Part shown: positions 26,301-38,245 of the stretch, one piece after another
Layout: each line of letters starts with the position of its first letter
Position numbering within the stretch: position 1 is the first letter of the stretch
Source: Camelus ferus
Lineage: Eukaryota
NCBI RefSeq assembly: GCF_009834535.1
Contig: NC_045697.1
Coordinates: 8,186,001 to 8,250,000 of the forward strand
Length of the DNA stretch: 64,000 nucleotides
Direction: 5' to 3'
Notes under the pieces: model-generated
The model's database searches: none
The model's input: only the letters and a program-made list of their open reading frames with translations
Told to the model about the DNA's origin: nothing
Position numbers and translations under genes: made by a program

Positions 26301-27327
26301 TCCTGCAGATTGTCCTATCGGCAGATGAATATTTGAGGTCGGTTATCAAACATCACATCGTCCAGACAGCCCTGGCCCTAGAAATGTTGGCATCTGCTCA
26401 TTTTACTCCATGATGGAAAAAAGAATAAATAAATCATAAATGATTATTTTAGACTTCCCTCCATGCCTCCTGTTAACAGCTCGAAGTCCCCACCACCCAG
26501 CAGGCTCAGGGATGAACTGGCGTGGTAGAACCTTCAGGACGGCGGCTAACCCTCCTCCAAGTACAACCAGCTGTGAAAACAAATTTAGCTCCACCAACAC
26601 TGCAGAGGACCAAAGCTTTTTCATAGGTTAGAGATATAATGTTCACCCCATTCAGAGGAATCCAAACCAAACACCCATGGCTTGCGGGGTAAGAGGATCT
26701 TAAGCATAATAGACAGATTATCTGCTAGTTTACTGAAGGCGAGGGAAGAGACATTTGTCATAGTTTTGCTAGAAAATGAGACTTTATCAAAGGGAGAGAA
26801 GGTGAAAGGTCACCAGTTCTATTGGCGCGATTATTATCTTTACGTAGCTGGAGTGGCAAAAGAAATGATCCCAAACAGAGCAAAACAAAACAGACCTCAC
26901 CGAAGCACTTCAAGATGAGCCCCCAGAAGCCATCACCCCAGACCCACTGGCTTCATCTTCATCCATCATCCTGGGCCCTGTTGACAAGAGTCGATTGGGT
27001 TCTCCATCTCTCCATGCTGCGGCAGGTTTCATCATGGCGAACCACTCGGAGGACACCGGGGATGCGGACTTGCAAGAAGGCAATCACTATAGTAAGAAAG
27101 ATGCTGCCACTTCTGAGCACCTACACCAGCCCCGAAACTGTGCTTCCTGTTTATTACATCAGTTGTCAGTCCACAAAATGTTACCTCCACTGCTTTGCAA
27201 ATGAAGCAACTGGGGCTTAAGTAAATGGGCAAATTGTAGATATCCCAGGGATATTTTTGGTTTTGGTGTTAATAAATATAGTAATGGATATCGTATTAGA
27301 AGTAGCCACTTACATAACCACTTCTCT

Positions 27328-28221
27328 TTTTTAATTTTTTTTTTTTTTTATTGAGGTGTAGTCAGTTTACAGTGTGTCAATTTCTGGTGTACAGCATAAT
27401 GTCTCAGTCATATATAGACAAACATATATTTGTTTTCATATTCTTTTTCATTATAGGTTACTACAAGATATTGAATATAGTCCCCTTTGCTATACAGAAG
27501 AAACTTGTTTGTCTATTTTATATATAATAGTTAGTGTTTGTAAATCTTGAATTCTCAATTTATCCCTTCCCATCCCTTTTCCCTCCATGGAACCATAAGT
27601 TTGTTTATTGTGTCTGCAAGTCTGTTTCTGTTTTGTAGATGAGTTCATTAGTGTTTTCTTTTTTATTTTTTTAGATACCACATATGAGTGATGTCATATT
27701 GCATTTTTCTTTCTCTTTCTGGCTTACTTCACTTAGAATGATAATCTCCAGGTCCATCCATGTTGCTGCAAATGGCATTATTTTATTCTTTTTTATGGCT
27801 GAGTAGTATTCCATTGTGTAAATACATCACAGCTTCTTTATCCAGTCATCTGTCGATGGACATTTAGGTTGTTTCCGTGTCTTGGCTGTTGTAAATAGTG
27901 CTGCTATGAACATTGGGGTTGTTTGTATCTATTTGAGTTATAGCTCCCTTTGGATATATGCCCAGGAGTGGGATTTCTGGATCATAAGGTAAGTCTATTT
28001 TTAGTTTATTGAGGAATCCCCATACTGTCTTCCATAATGGCTACACCAAACTATATTCCCACTAACAGTGTAGTGGGGTTCCCTTTTCTCCACACCCTCT
28101 CCAGCATTTATCATTAGTAGAGTTTTTAATGATGGCCATTCTGACCGTTGTGAGGTGATACCTCATTGTAGTTTTGATTTGCATTTCTCTGATAATTAGT
28201 GATACTGAGCATTTTTTCATG
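27328..28221 (-). mobile_element. Young 5'-truncated L1
   Basis: Poly-T tail, 3'UTR like 46300-46620, and antisense ORF2 end. Degenerate TSD cataaccacttctct (27313) / cataaacacctttct (28222). Confidence 0.92.
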
Positions 28222-28271
28222 CATAAACACCTTTCTTAGTGTCTCAGAAAATGTACCTTAAGGGACTTGAG

Positions 28272-29405
28272 GGGAGAGAGAAGCAAGATGGTGGAGTAGA
28301 AGGATGCTTGTAGCTCACCCTCTCCCACAAATATACCAAAACTCACATCTACGGACCCACTCAGCCAACCAGAGCACCTGCCGAACTCCGACAGAACATC
28401 GCCCTCTTCGAAAGACAAAAACACCAAAAATCTGGTAGGAGAAAAGGAAAAAAGAAAGAAGAAAAAGCAGAACAGTGTGGGACCAGTCCTGTGGGGAGGG
28501 AGCAGCAAAGGAGGACTAGCGCTCGTTCACTGAATCTCCCCATCTCCAACGGAGAGGCCAGGGGGATGAAGCGGGAGCCTCCAAGGCTCAGATCTGCCCC
28601 GAGCACCCCTTGAATGACAGAACTAAGCACAAAGGGTCCATGTGACACCCAGCCCAAGACGTGAGCCAGCAGCTGGGGCCAGGACAGGCTGCCTGAGCCG
28701 GGCAGAGGACTGGGGCGGCTGCACTGAGGCAGCCCCGGGGGACTGCAGGGGCCTGTGTACCGTGGCTGGGAGGGGATACGGAGCAGAACAGCCTCAGTCC
28801 CCCACAAATTGCGAAAAAAGCAAAGCAACACAGCTGTTGTGCCCTGGGAGGAGGGATATCATAGCCTTTGTTTCCTCAGGCCCGCTTCACCATTACTGGC
28901 ACTTTTCGTGAGAAGAGAGGTGGGGCACAGCCACAGCCACCACCTCTTCCTGTGTGCAGCACCCAGGTGGGGGTGGGGCCAAGCCTTGAATCCGCACCCA
29001 GGGGTTGCACAACCTCCTAGGCAGGACTGAGACTTGTTTACAGCCCAAGGCAGATAGGATCTTTCTGCCCTGGAACCTCAGAGAACTCGCACTGCCAAGA
29101 CAAACAAGGAGCTGAGATTTGGCACAGAGCAGGGGCAGGGCTGTTCCGCAGTCTTCCCCGTGCCCACCTATGGAGCGCTGACCCGAGGTGGAGCGGGCAG
29201 CTGCACAGAGCAGTGGAGTGATTGGCGCCGGGAGAGGGCAGGCAGCCACCCACCTCTCCAGTAGGAACACAGCACCTGACAATGGTGCTTGGAGGGGGCG
29301 CGATCCACTCACCTGCTTCGCCTGAGTGCAGCATCTGACTGCGGCATCACGAGGGGGAGTGACCCACCCGCCTACTGGCCACAGTGCCAGAGAGATATGA
29401 GCACT
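28272..29405 (+). promoter_or_regulatory. L1 internal promoter (5'UTR)
   Basis: YY1-type CAAGATGG motif near the start; GC/CpG-rich relative to the flanks. Confidence 0.7.
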
Positions 29406-30296
29406 ATGAGGAAGCAGAGGAACCACTCCCAATTAAAAGATCATGAGAAATCCCCTGAAAGCACGATCAAGGAAACAGACATTGATGGCCTACTAGATCA
29501 AGATTTCAAAAAATGATTGATCAAAGTATTGAAGGAACTAAAATAAATAGTGTTTAGAAATATAAAATATGTCAAAAATGAAATAGAAGCTATAAAGAAG
29601 AACCAAGTAGAATAGTGAACTCATTTGCTGAGGTGAGAGCTGAACTAAAGGCTGTACAAAGCAGGCTAGATAATGCAGAGGAACGAATAAGTGATCTAGA
29701 AGACAGGACACCAGAAAGCACCCAATCAGAACAGCTGAGAGAAAAACAAATAAAAACAATGAAAACAATATAAGGGACCTATGGGATAATATAAAGTGTG
29801 CCAATCTACGCATAATAGGGGTTCCAGGAGGGGGAGAAATAACAAAGGGGATTGAAAAGATACTTGAAGAAATCATGACTGAAAACTTCCCAAACATAAA
29901 GAAGGAATCAGATATCCAAGTACAGGAGGCTCGGAGGGTCCCAAACAGGAAGAACCCAAATAGATCCACACCAAGACATATCATAATCAAGATGGCCAGA
30001 GTCAAGGATAAAGAAATAATCCTAAAGGCAGCAAGAGAAAAACAAAGAGTGAGTTACAAGGGAACCCCCATAAGGCTCTCAGCTGATTTCTCTACACAAA
30101 CACTACAGTCCAGAAGGGAGTGGCAGATATATTCCAAGTCCTGAATGAAAAAAAGATGCAGCCTAGGATACTCTATCCAGCAAGGCTATCCTTTAGAATA
30201 GAAGGAGAGATAAAGAACTTCACAGACAAGCAAAAACTAAAAGAGTTTAGCAACAATAAACCCATGCTAAAAGAAATATTGACAGGTCTACTCTAA
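29406..30296 (+). pseudogene. L1 ORF1p, disrupted by stops and frameshifts
   Basis: MRKQRNHSQLK...; ENFPNIKKESDIQVQEARRVP...TPRHIIIKM...ILKAAREKQRVSYKGTPIRLSADFS...RREW. Premature TGA at 29514-29516. Confidence 0.92.
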
Positions 30297-30806
30297 ATAG
30301 AAAAGAAGAAAGATGCTACAGAAATGAGAAACTCATAACTGGAAAGGTGATAACCACCATGAGTTACAAATAGAATAAACACAAAATTGTAAAAGAAGAC
30401 ATCTAAATCATTAAGAGTGGGAGAGGGAAGCAAGGAAAGCCACTGTGGAAAACAGTATGGAGATTCCTCTAAAGACTAGGAATAGACTTACTGTACAACC
30501 CAGGAATCCCGCTCCTGGGCATATATCCAGAAGGAACCCTACTTCAAAATGACACCTGCACCCCAATGTTCACAGCAGCACAATTTACAATAGCCAAGAC
30601 ATGGAAACAGCCTAAATGTCCATCAACAGATGACTGGATAAAGAAGAGGTGGTATATTTATACAATGGAATACTATTCAGCCACAAAAACTGACAACATA
30701 ACACCATTTGCAGCAACATGGATGCTCCTGGAGAATGTCAGTCTAAGTAAAGTAAGCCAGAAAGAGAAAGAAAAATACTGCGTGCAATCACTCATTTGTG
30801 GAATCT

Positions 30807-30839
<33 letters not shown>

Positions 30840-31699
30840 ACAGAAATAGACTCATAGACATAGAATACAAACTTGTGGTTGCCAAAGGGGCAGGGGGTTG
30901 GGAGGGATAGACTGGGATTTTAAAATGTAGAATAGATAAACAAGATTATACTGTGTAGCACAGGGAAATATATACAAGATCTTGTGGTAGTTCACAGCGA
31001 AAAAAAATGTGACAATGAATATATGTATGTTCATGTATAACTGAAAAATTGTGCTCTACACTGGAATTTGACACAGCATTGTAAAATGACTATTACTCAA
31101 TAAAAAAAAAGTTTTTAAAAAAAAATGGACTTGAGAGGCAATGCCTATTTGTTATTTCTGTCAATATTTTTGCTCATATCTCTATACCATTTCTTTTCAT
31201 GGAAAGCTTGGAAATCTCAAGAAACTCTTCTGTTCAAGCGATGTATTGTTAGCATTGCCTTCACTGCCCGTGTCCGTAGTCACAGCTGCCCCAGACAAAG
31301 AAGCTGGGGCTTCAATCAGAGAAACTTCTCCATCTCACTTTCCTTCCCCTCTCCTCTGGTCCAAGCTTTCCACCCTCACCTGGATACCTCTCATCGATCC
31401 CCCAGCATCTGGAAGCACACCCTCTACCTGTACCCTGCCACTTAGCAAGTGCCTTGGACAACTCATCTAGCTTTTGTCTTACCTTCCTCCGGAAACATAG
31501 CTTCTTGAAGTGTCCCATTTCTTCAGATTAAAAAAAAATGAGGCTTTTTCACATGCCCTTCTAAAAACCAGGTACAAACTCAGTACTGCTAGCCCCTTTC
31601 ACTGATACTCATATATCATTTCACTGATACTCATATTTTAGTGAAAATAACTGTGACTTAATAAACACCAATGTTGCAACATGAATGGAAACTTAAAAA

Positions 31700-31905
31700 C
31701 AGTAATCGTAGCCAACATTTATTGTTTTCTACACGACAGAGAGTTTACCAATTCTTCACACATAGTATCACATTCAATACTTAAAAAAACATAATGAAAT
31801 AGGGGTCATGACCATTTTTATTTAACAGATGAGGAAACTGAGGCAGAGAGATTTGTCTAGGACTGCACAGGAGCCAAGTAATAAGCCAAAGTCTAACTCT
31901 AAAAT
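31700..31905 (-). mobile_element. MIR
   Basis: 'tttaacagatgaggaaactgaggcagagaga'. Confidence 0.9.
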
Positions 31906-31934
31906 CATATTCGTATGTGACCTAGAGAGGTATG

Positions 31935-32255
31935 ATGTTAAAAACTATGTGGATTTTGAAGGCAGAGTCTTGACTCAGACCAACATCTACCACTTCCCTT
32001 GCACCAGCTTCCCCACCCGAAGCAAGCCGTTCAACACCTTTGCACAGTGGCTATGTCCATGGACTTGGGAGTTGACCTACCTGAGCTGGCTCCAGTTCCC
32101 CAACTATGAAAACTTGGACAATCAACATAACCATTCTGTGCTTCAGTTTTTCCTTATTCATAAACCAAGGATAATAGTGTCCTGTATTCCATAGAAAATT
32201 AAATGTGTTAGTACAGGTAAAATGTTCATAAAGGTGCCCAGCCCAGAGTAAAGAG
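31935..32255 (+). mobile_element. MIR fragments
   Basis: 'ctgtgcttcagtttttccttattcataaa...aaattaaatgtgttagtacaggtaaaatg...gtgcccagcccagagtaa'. Confidence 0.75.
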
Positions 32256-34623
32256 TTAAGAGGTAGCAGCTAGTATTGTCCTTAGAGATGAGAATCTGTG
32301 TCCTCCTCTGCTAAACAAGAACACCTGGTCGTCCTCAGCAGAGCGTGGTGGGGACAAATCGCTGATGTAATCAAAACCACCCATCAGCGCGCCCCTCCAG
32401 CCTTTTGCTTTGGTAGATGCCTTGGAGAGGAAGTCACTGAACTTCATAAGTTAACTTTTAGAGAGAAGTTGGGTGGGAACATTGCTCTAGGACCCAGGTC
32501 CTGTATCTGCTTTGTTTTTGTTTGTTTCTTTAGGTTTGCTCTGGGTCATTCACTGACTCATCCACAGCCTCATCACAGGACGAAGACATGGACAATCTCT
32601 CAGAGCTGGGGAGACAAGAGGGATGGCAGAAGCAGCAGAGACCTGGGTCGGAGGGCCCTGCCTCCTCCAATCAGCAGGCTGGCCTGGGGCCTGCCACTCT
32701 CACCTTCTGAGTCTCGCCCAGCACCTTTAAGATGAGAGCAATGGCACCCGCCCAGCGGGCTGCCGTGGCATCCTGAATGTAACATATGTAAAGCATGTCG
32801 GAGAATGGCTTTCTACCCAGCTCCACTTTGCCAAACCCCGAAGGTCAGGCCAAATCTACGATTTCCCAGTATCAGCGAAAGAGCTACAGGCCTGTATTTT
32901 TCCACTGGGAAAAGAGAAACAAAAAGGTCTGTGGATAATTTAAGTACATCCGAGTTATAGTACTGATTCAGTTTAAGTGGAGGTCGGTGCTAGGTTAAAC
33001 ACCAACCTCATTTGGGTAGAATGTAAATGTGAGTACTCAGTGTACGTTACGTTTAAGTGAAGAAGAGCTAAAGGATGAGGGTTGCCCCAGGAGGAAGAGG
33101 TTCCATCTAGCTCTTGAATTACACCCCGATTCTTCAAGAATCTTCTTCACCTTCAAGACTACCACCAGGCACCAACAGGATCCCAAGCTCTTCCAAAATT
33201 TTAAACAAAGATGTGCAATGCAGTAATCATGACTGTCATTTGTTCTAACAATATTTAATAAGCACCTACTATACTCCAGGCTCTGGTAGCCGCTCAGGAC
33301 TCAGGCACAGCCCTCCAAAGCGCTCACAGAGATTGAATAAAGAGGCACTTTTCTCAGGCTTAAAAAGGAAGAAAAGATTCATCAGCTATGGATCCTTCCC
33401 CTAAGGAATTTAGTTGAGTCTATGGAGAAAGAGAAAGCTGGGGTACAAATTAAGCTACAGAAGAAAGCCCCCAGAGTTTGGGGAAAAATGGAAGGTGATG
33501 CTGTGGTGACACTGGAAACCACCACATTCGAGGCAGAAAGAAGGGCATGAGCAAAGGTGCAGGAGCAGAAAATGCACAGAAGGGAAGAGAGCTTCTGAAA
33601 CGGCTCCCTGGGTCCAGCGAACAGAACCCAAGCTATTTGATTTCAATTTTCACTCCATTTTTGCAGTTCTCTCCAGGTTTAAGTCTACTTTCTGTACCAC
33701 TTTGAAGAGGGAATGGGAAGATGTAACAGGTGGCAAAGAAGCAGAATTTCATGGCAGAAGCAACTTACTGGCTTCAGGAACCCACGTAACCCAGCCCGAT
33801 GCTGGATGACTGGACCACATCACCTCGACAATGGGCACCTCTGTCTCCTCATCCATAAAACAAATGGATTGGATAGGATTCCAGACTCTGCCAGCCCTAA
33901 AATGTTTGATTCTGAAAATTCTCCAGTACAAACTGGCCAGAGAAAAGATATCTTTCTTCGGAGCCTTCCCCCAGGTCCATCTGGATGCCTGCACGCCCTT
34001 GTGTCTCTAATAGATTCCTGCATGGCCTCTTTCCCAACACATGACACTGATATTTAGCCCTGAAACACAAAGTAAGGAGTTTCTGCTTTCAAGTGCTGTT
34101 TGATACCTAGGAGTCCTGGTGTGGAGAAGAATGTGTATGTCAGTGGAAAACCGAGATGCATTGTCTACTGAGAGCACACCTTCCCAGGCTCTCAGCTTGC
34201 CCTAGTCTGCAAGCTCTTTCACAGCTCTGTGATCAACAGCAGTGTAAACTAATCCTTGTCTGTACACGTGCACGTTCAGTCCCATCTTTAGAGGTCCAAC
34301 CTATGCCCCGCCTCTACCTGGGAGCAAACCATTTTACCTCCCTTTGCACGTTCATTCCAGTATCCTGGACCCATCACTGTGTCTGTTCGCCATGTTCTCT
34401 TGTGAACATAGGACACAGTCTTGGGCCAGTCCCTACCAGTGTGGTCCTCAGATTTCTCACCATGAAATGGGAAGTCCAAGTGGAGCCCAGGTCTGGATGG
34501 GTTATAAAAGCCCTTTCAGCTCCGGCATCTGATACTGTAGACCCACTACGGGCTCACACAGTACTTGATACAAACACTACTTGTACTTCAGTTTTTTCCT
34601 TCTTTTATTTTTTCTAAAGGTAT

Positions 34624-35037
34624 GTGTGTTAGTTTGTTGGGGCTGCCTAACAAAAGATCACATCCTGGATGGGTTAAATGACAGAAATTTATTTTCTCAC
34701 AGTTCTGGAGGCTAGAAGTCCAAGATCAAAGTGTTGGCAGTGCTGACTCCCTCTGTGGACCATGAGGGAAGGATCTGTTCTAAGCCTTTCTGCTTGGCTG
34801 GTAGATGGGTTTCTTCTCGCTGTGTCTTTACAAGATTCTCCCTCTGCTAGTGCCTGTATCCCAATTCTTCTTCTTTTCAGGGTACCAGTCATAATGGACT
34901 AGAGCCCACCCTAATGACCACATTTTAATTTAAGTATCTCTTTAAAGACCTCGTCTCCAAATACAGTCTTATTCTGAGGTATTGAGGGTTAGGACTTCAC
35001 AATGAACATTTGGGGTGAAATTATTCAGCCCATTACA
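34624..35037 (-). mobile_element. MLT1C-like LTR
   Basis: 'cagaaatttattttctcacagttctggaggctagaagtccaagatcaa...gcccaccctaatgacc...tctccaaatacagtc...attcagcccattaca'. Confidence 0.9.
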
Positions 35038-35301
35038 GTGGGATGAAACAAAAATGAGTACACCACTTTGCTTCAGAGTGTGCATGGCGTTTGTGACTAG
35101 ACAACAGCTGAAAGAGATGGGTCCACATCACCATACCCTCTGATAGAAGAGGTTAATGGACTTGCTGGCTGTGAGGACTCAAAACTTATCACTCCTTAAA
35201 CAGTAATAAGGCCCTTCTGACTGCTTTTCTAGGCTCCTCATGTCCCCTGCCCTGTCTCACCATGCCGTACACAGCTCCCTGAATGGAACAGCTCTCCAAT
35301 C

Positions 35302-35496
35302 AAGGGGTACACAATTTAGTGAATCAAAATACAAGATACCCAATTACATTTGAATTTCAGATAGACAATGAATTATTTTTTGGGATAAGTATGCCCTATG
35401 CAATATTTGAGACATATTTATACTAAAACAAATTACTTGTTGTTAATCTGAAATTCAAATTTAACCAAGTGCCCTATATTTTATCTGGCAATGCTA
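35302..35496 (-). mobile_element. MER53 (palindromic hAT MITE)
   Basis: Arms 'atttgaatttcagatagacaa' / 'ttgttaatctgaaattcaaat' and end 'tattttatctggcaatgcta'. Confidence 0.85.
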
Positions 35497-35597
35497 CTCC
35501 AGTTCTTCATGGACATACACATGCTGCTGTGCTTAGAGCTCTCGCTGGTCACCTCCACGCACTTTACATGGCTACACTGATCGATTATCATCGCCTC

Positions 35598-35990
35598 TTG
35601 TTAGGGACTGGATGTTTGTACCCTACTCCCAAATGTGTATGTTGCAGCCTTAACACCCAGTGTGGCTGTATTCAGAGATGAGGCCTCTCAAGAAGTAGTT
35701 AAGGTTAAATGAGACCCTGATCTGATAGGAATAGTGTCTTTAGAAGAATGAGAAGAAGCATCAGAGAGCTCACTCTGTCCCTCTTTCCCCACCTGCACTC
35801 AAAAAGGGTGTTGTGTAAGCACTCAGAGAGATGACCTGCAATCCAAGAATCCAAGAGGACTCAAGAAGAAAGCTAGCTTGTCAGCATCTTGATATTGAAC
35901 TTCTTAGCCTCCAGAAATGTGAGAAAATAAATTTCTGTGATAAGAAATGTATCTGTGATATTTTGTTACACAGCCTTAACAGACGAACAC
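35598..35990 (+). mobile_element. MLT1A/B-like LTR
   Basis: 'cccagtgtggctgtattcagagatgaggcc...aaggttaaatgag...agcctccagaaatgtgagaaaataaatttctg'. Confidence 0.85.
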
Positions 35991-37209
35991 ACTCCTTAAG
36001 ATAGCTCACCTGGGACTAGTACAACACACAGTTACTATCTCACTACTTGTTGAGTGAATGACAAGTCTAATCACTTTGGATCTTTCTGAGCACAACAGTT
36101 ACCCACCTTCTCTCCTAGGAATGAATCTGTTTTAACTTGTCTCTACTGAAACCTGTCATAACACATTACCCAGTATTGTCAGTGCCTGCTCATCCGTTTG
36201 CCTACCACCAGGGATCCTGGAAGACAGGGATGATGTGTCATCCATTCATTGTTATGCCTCTAACATTAAACAAGGAACCTCCCACACTGAATTCTCACAA
36301 TTTCCAATGGCACACACACACAAAAATGACATATAATAAAATGTGATATTATTCAAAGTGCTTAGGATTTGGAATTTTGACAGTTCTAAGGGGACTGAAA
36401 TCTGCTTCTAAACACCTCCTTCAAGTTTCCCACTTCAAATCTTCTCCAAGGTTTTGCCCCATTTGGAGACAATCCACCTATCTGAGTACACATGTCCGGG
36501 CACTGCTGGGATGAGATCAAATGCTTCCTGTCAGAGCTGGGTCTCAACAGCCCTTGGAGGGCTCTCAGTGACCCCTAGAGCCGGTGTGAAAGTGGACCAG
36601 CAGCCGGATGGCTTCATGTTTCCACATTCTTTCAGCTTGTTTTCTTACTGTGGCAGATACCAAGAGCATCCCAAATCCTCAAGAGAGATGGAATTTCATA
36701 AAAATCCTTGTTACTTTTGCAAAGCAGAAGATACGAACTCTTGAGCTCAATGAAGAAAGAAGATTTGAAACATATACCAAAGGTTTTCAAGCTATCTATA
36801 ATACAATTAAAAAAAAATACACAAATGAATGGTGAGTTTTTTTTTTTTCCAACGTTCAGTCCCACCTGGGGACAAAAGTGCCACACATAGCCACCTCTGA
36901 AGATTAAGACAGGTCAGGGATCACAGAGTTGTGGCCACACAAACAGATTATTCTGTTTCCTGAGACATCATTTATGTTGCAGCTGCCTCCTTGAAAGAGG
37001 ATCATGAATCACATTGTTCTTCTTTCTTCCATTTGATCCGACACAATGTAAACAAGCAACATTGAATGGGAAAGGAAACATTTCAGGCAAATGATCTCAG
37101 TACAGTGGGGACTGCTTACCTTGCACAGCCAATGAGCTTGCTCCCTAGCAAGGTCTCATACTAGAAAGAAGCAGTCTTGGGAGTGAATACGTTTGGATAA
37201 ATGAATCAG

Positions 37210-37405
37210 AAACAATTATTTAACACCGATGACATGACAGGCATTGTGGTTTATCTTTCTCCGTGTGCGATCTCATTTTGCCCAGCCACCCCGGGTGGAA
37301 GTGACAGAGGTAGTACTTTCGATAAATTGTGACGAGAAAATATGCCCAAAATCACTTGATAAAGGGACAAAGTCAGCACTGAATTCCTGTCTCTTTGACT
37401 CTAAG
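37210..37405 (-). mobile_element. MIR, degraded
   Basis: 'atttaacaccgatgacatgacaggcattgtg...tgcccaaaatcac...gaattcctgtctctttgactctaa'. Confidence 0.55.
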
Positions 37406-38024
37406 TAATTATTCACTCAGTGCACATTTTGTTGTAATCAGCTATGCAAATGATCAATAACTTGGAACAAAAGAATGAATGAGTTACCTTATTTGATCTT
37501 ATTTGATTATTTTTGAATTAATAAAATGGAGATACAAAAATGTTAAAAAAAAAAAACTTACCTATTTTAACAAGTCTCAAAAGGTGGTGTTTCGATCTTT
37601 TCTCTCTTATAAAGAAATTGAAAGATGAGAGGAGTCAAGTTTTAAGATATAAACGAATATGATGAGGATGAGATGTCAATAAAATATTACAAAGCACCAC
37701 CACTTGAGATACGTTACTTTTGGACAAAAAAATAATAATAACATTCCTTAAAAGTATTTATAAAAGACTTTCCTTAAGGAATCACAGACCAATTTGGTGT
37801 CAACAGACAGCTCACTGACAAAGAGAAAAAAGTATAGATCAAGATGCTGAGAAAGATACCTCTCTAAACAAATGGCCACCAAAGAAATGGAATATTTGGT
37901 TTGGATTCAATAGCAGTGGTAACCGTGGCAAAACTACTATAGTAGGACACATCTTGAATATGTGTGACATCTTTCTTCAGAGTGCTTCATGCAAAATTGA
38001 TCAGTTTAGGGGAAAATTTTGGAG

Positions 38025-38245
38025 TGTAGCTGAGCAGTAAAGACCCTGAGTTACACAATAGATGTATGTGAGTTTACATTCCAACTCTGCCAAATACCAC
38101 ATGTAGATCTTGAGAAACTCACCCACCTCTCTGAGCTCCAAGGAGCGGGCATAATAATTACACTTACTTTATTTAATGTTATGGCAATTTAATGAGATAA
38201 TCTTTGCAAAGCACATAAACAATACCAGATGTATAATATACTTGG
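38025..38245 (+). mobile_element. MIR
   Basis: 'ttccaactctgcca...cacctctctgagc...ttaatgagataatctttgcaaagcac'. Confidence 0.75.

Larger units (their letters stand above)
28272..31123 (+). mobile_element. Young L1 with 5'UTR, ORF1 and 3'UTR but ORF2 almost entirely absent (half-L1-like)
   Basis: Starts 'gggagagagaagcaagatgg', then a CpG-rich 5'UTR and ORF1. The inter-ORF region joins at ~30438 directly to the last ~370 bp of ORF2, followed by 3'UTR and A-tail. TSD aagggacttgag (28260-28271) / aatggacttgag (31124-31135). Confidence 0.9.

Noticed and set aside
28361..29432. Long antisense ORFs (156 and 179 aa) in the L1 5'UTR, superficially ORF0-like
   Set aside because: Long ORFs are expected in GC-rich DNA; there is no recognisable homology and no evidence of translation.
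29538..30005. 155-aa hydrophobic minus-strand ORF
   Set aside because: It is the antisense of A-rich L1 ORF1, a common artefact.
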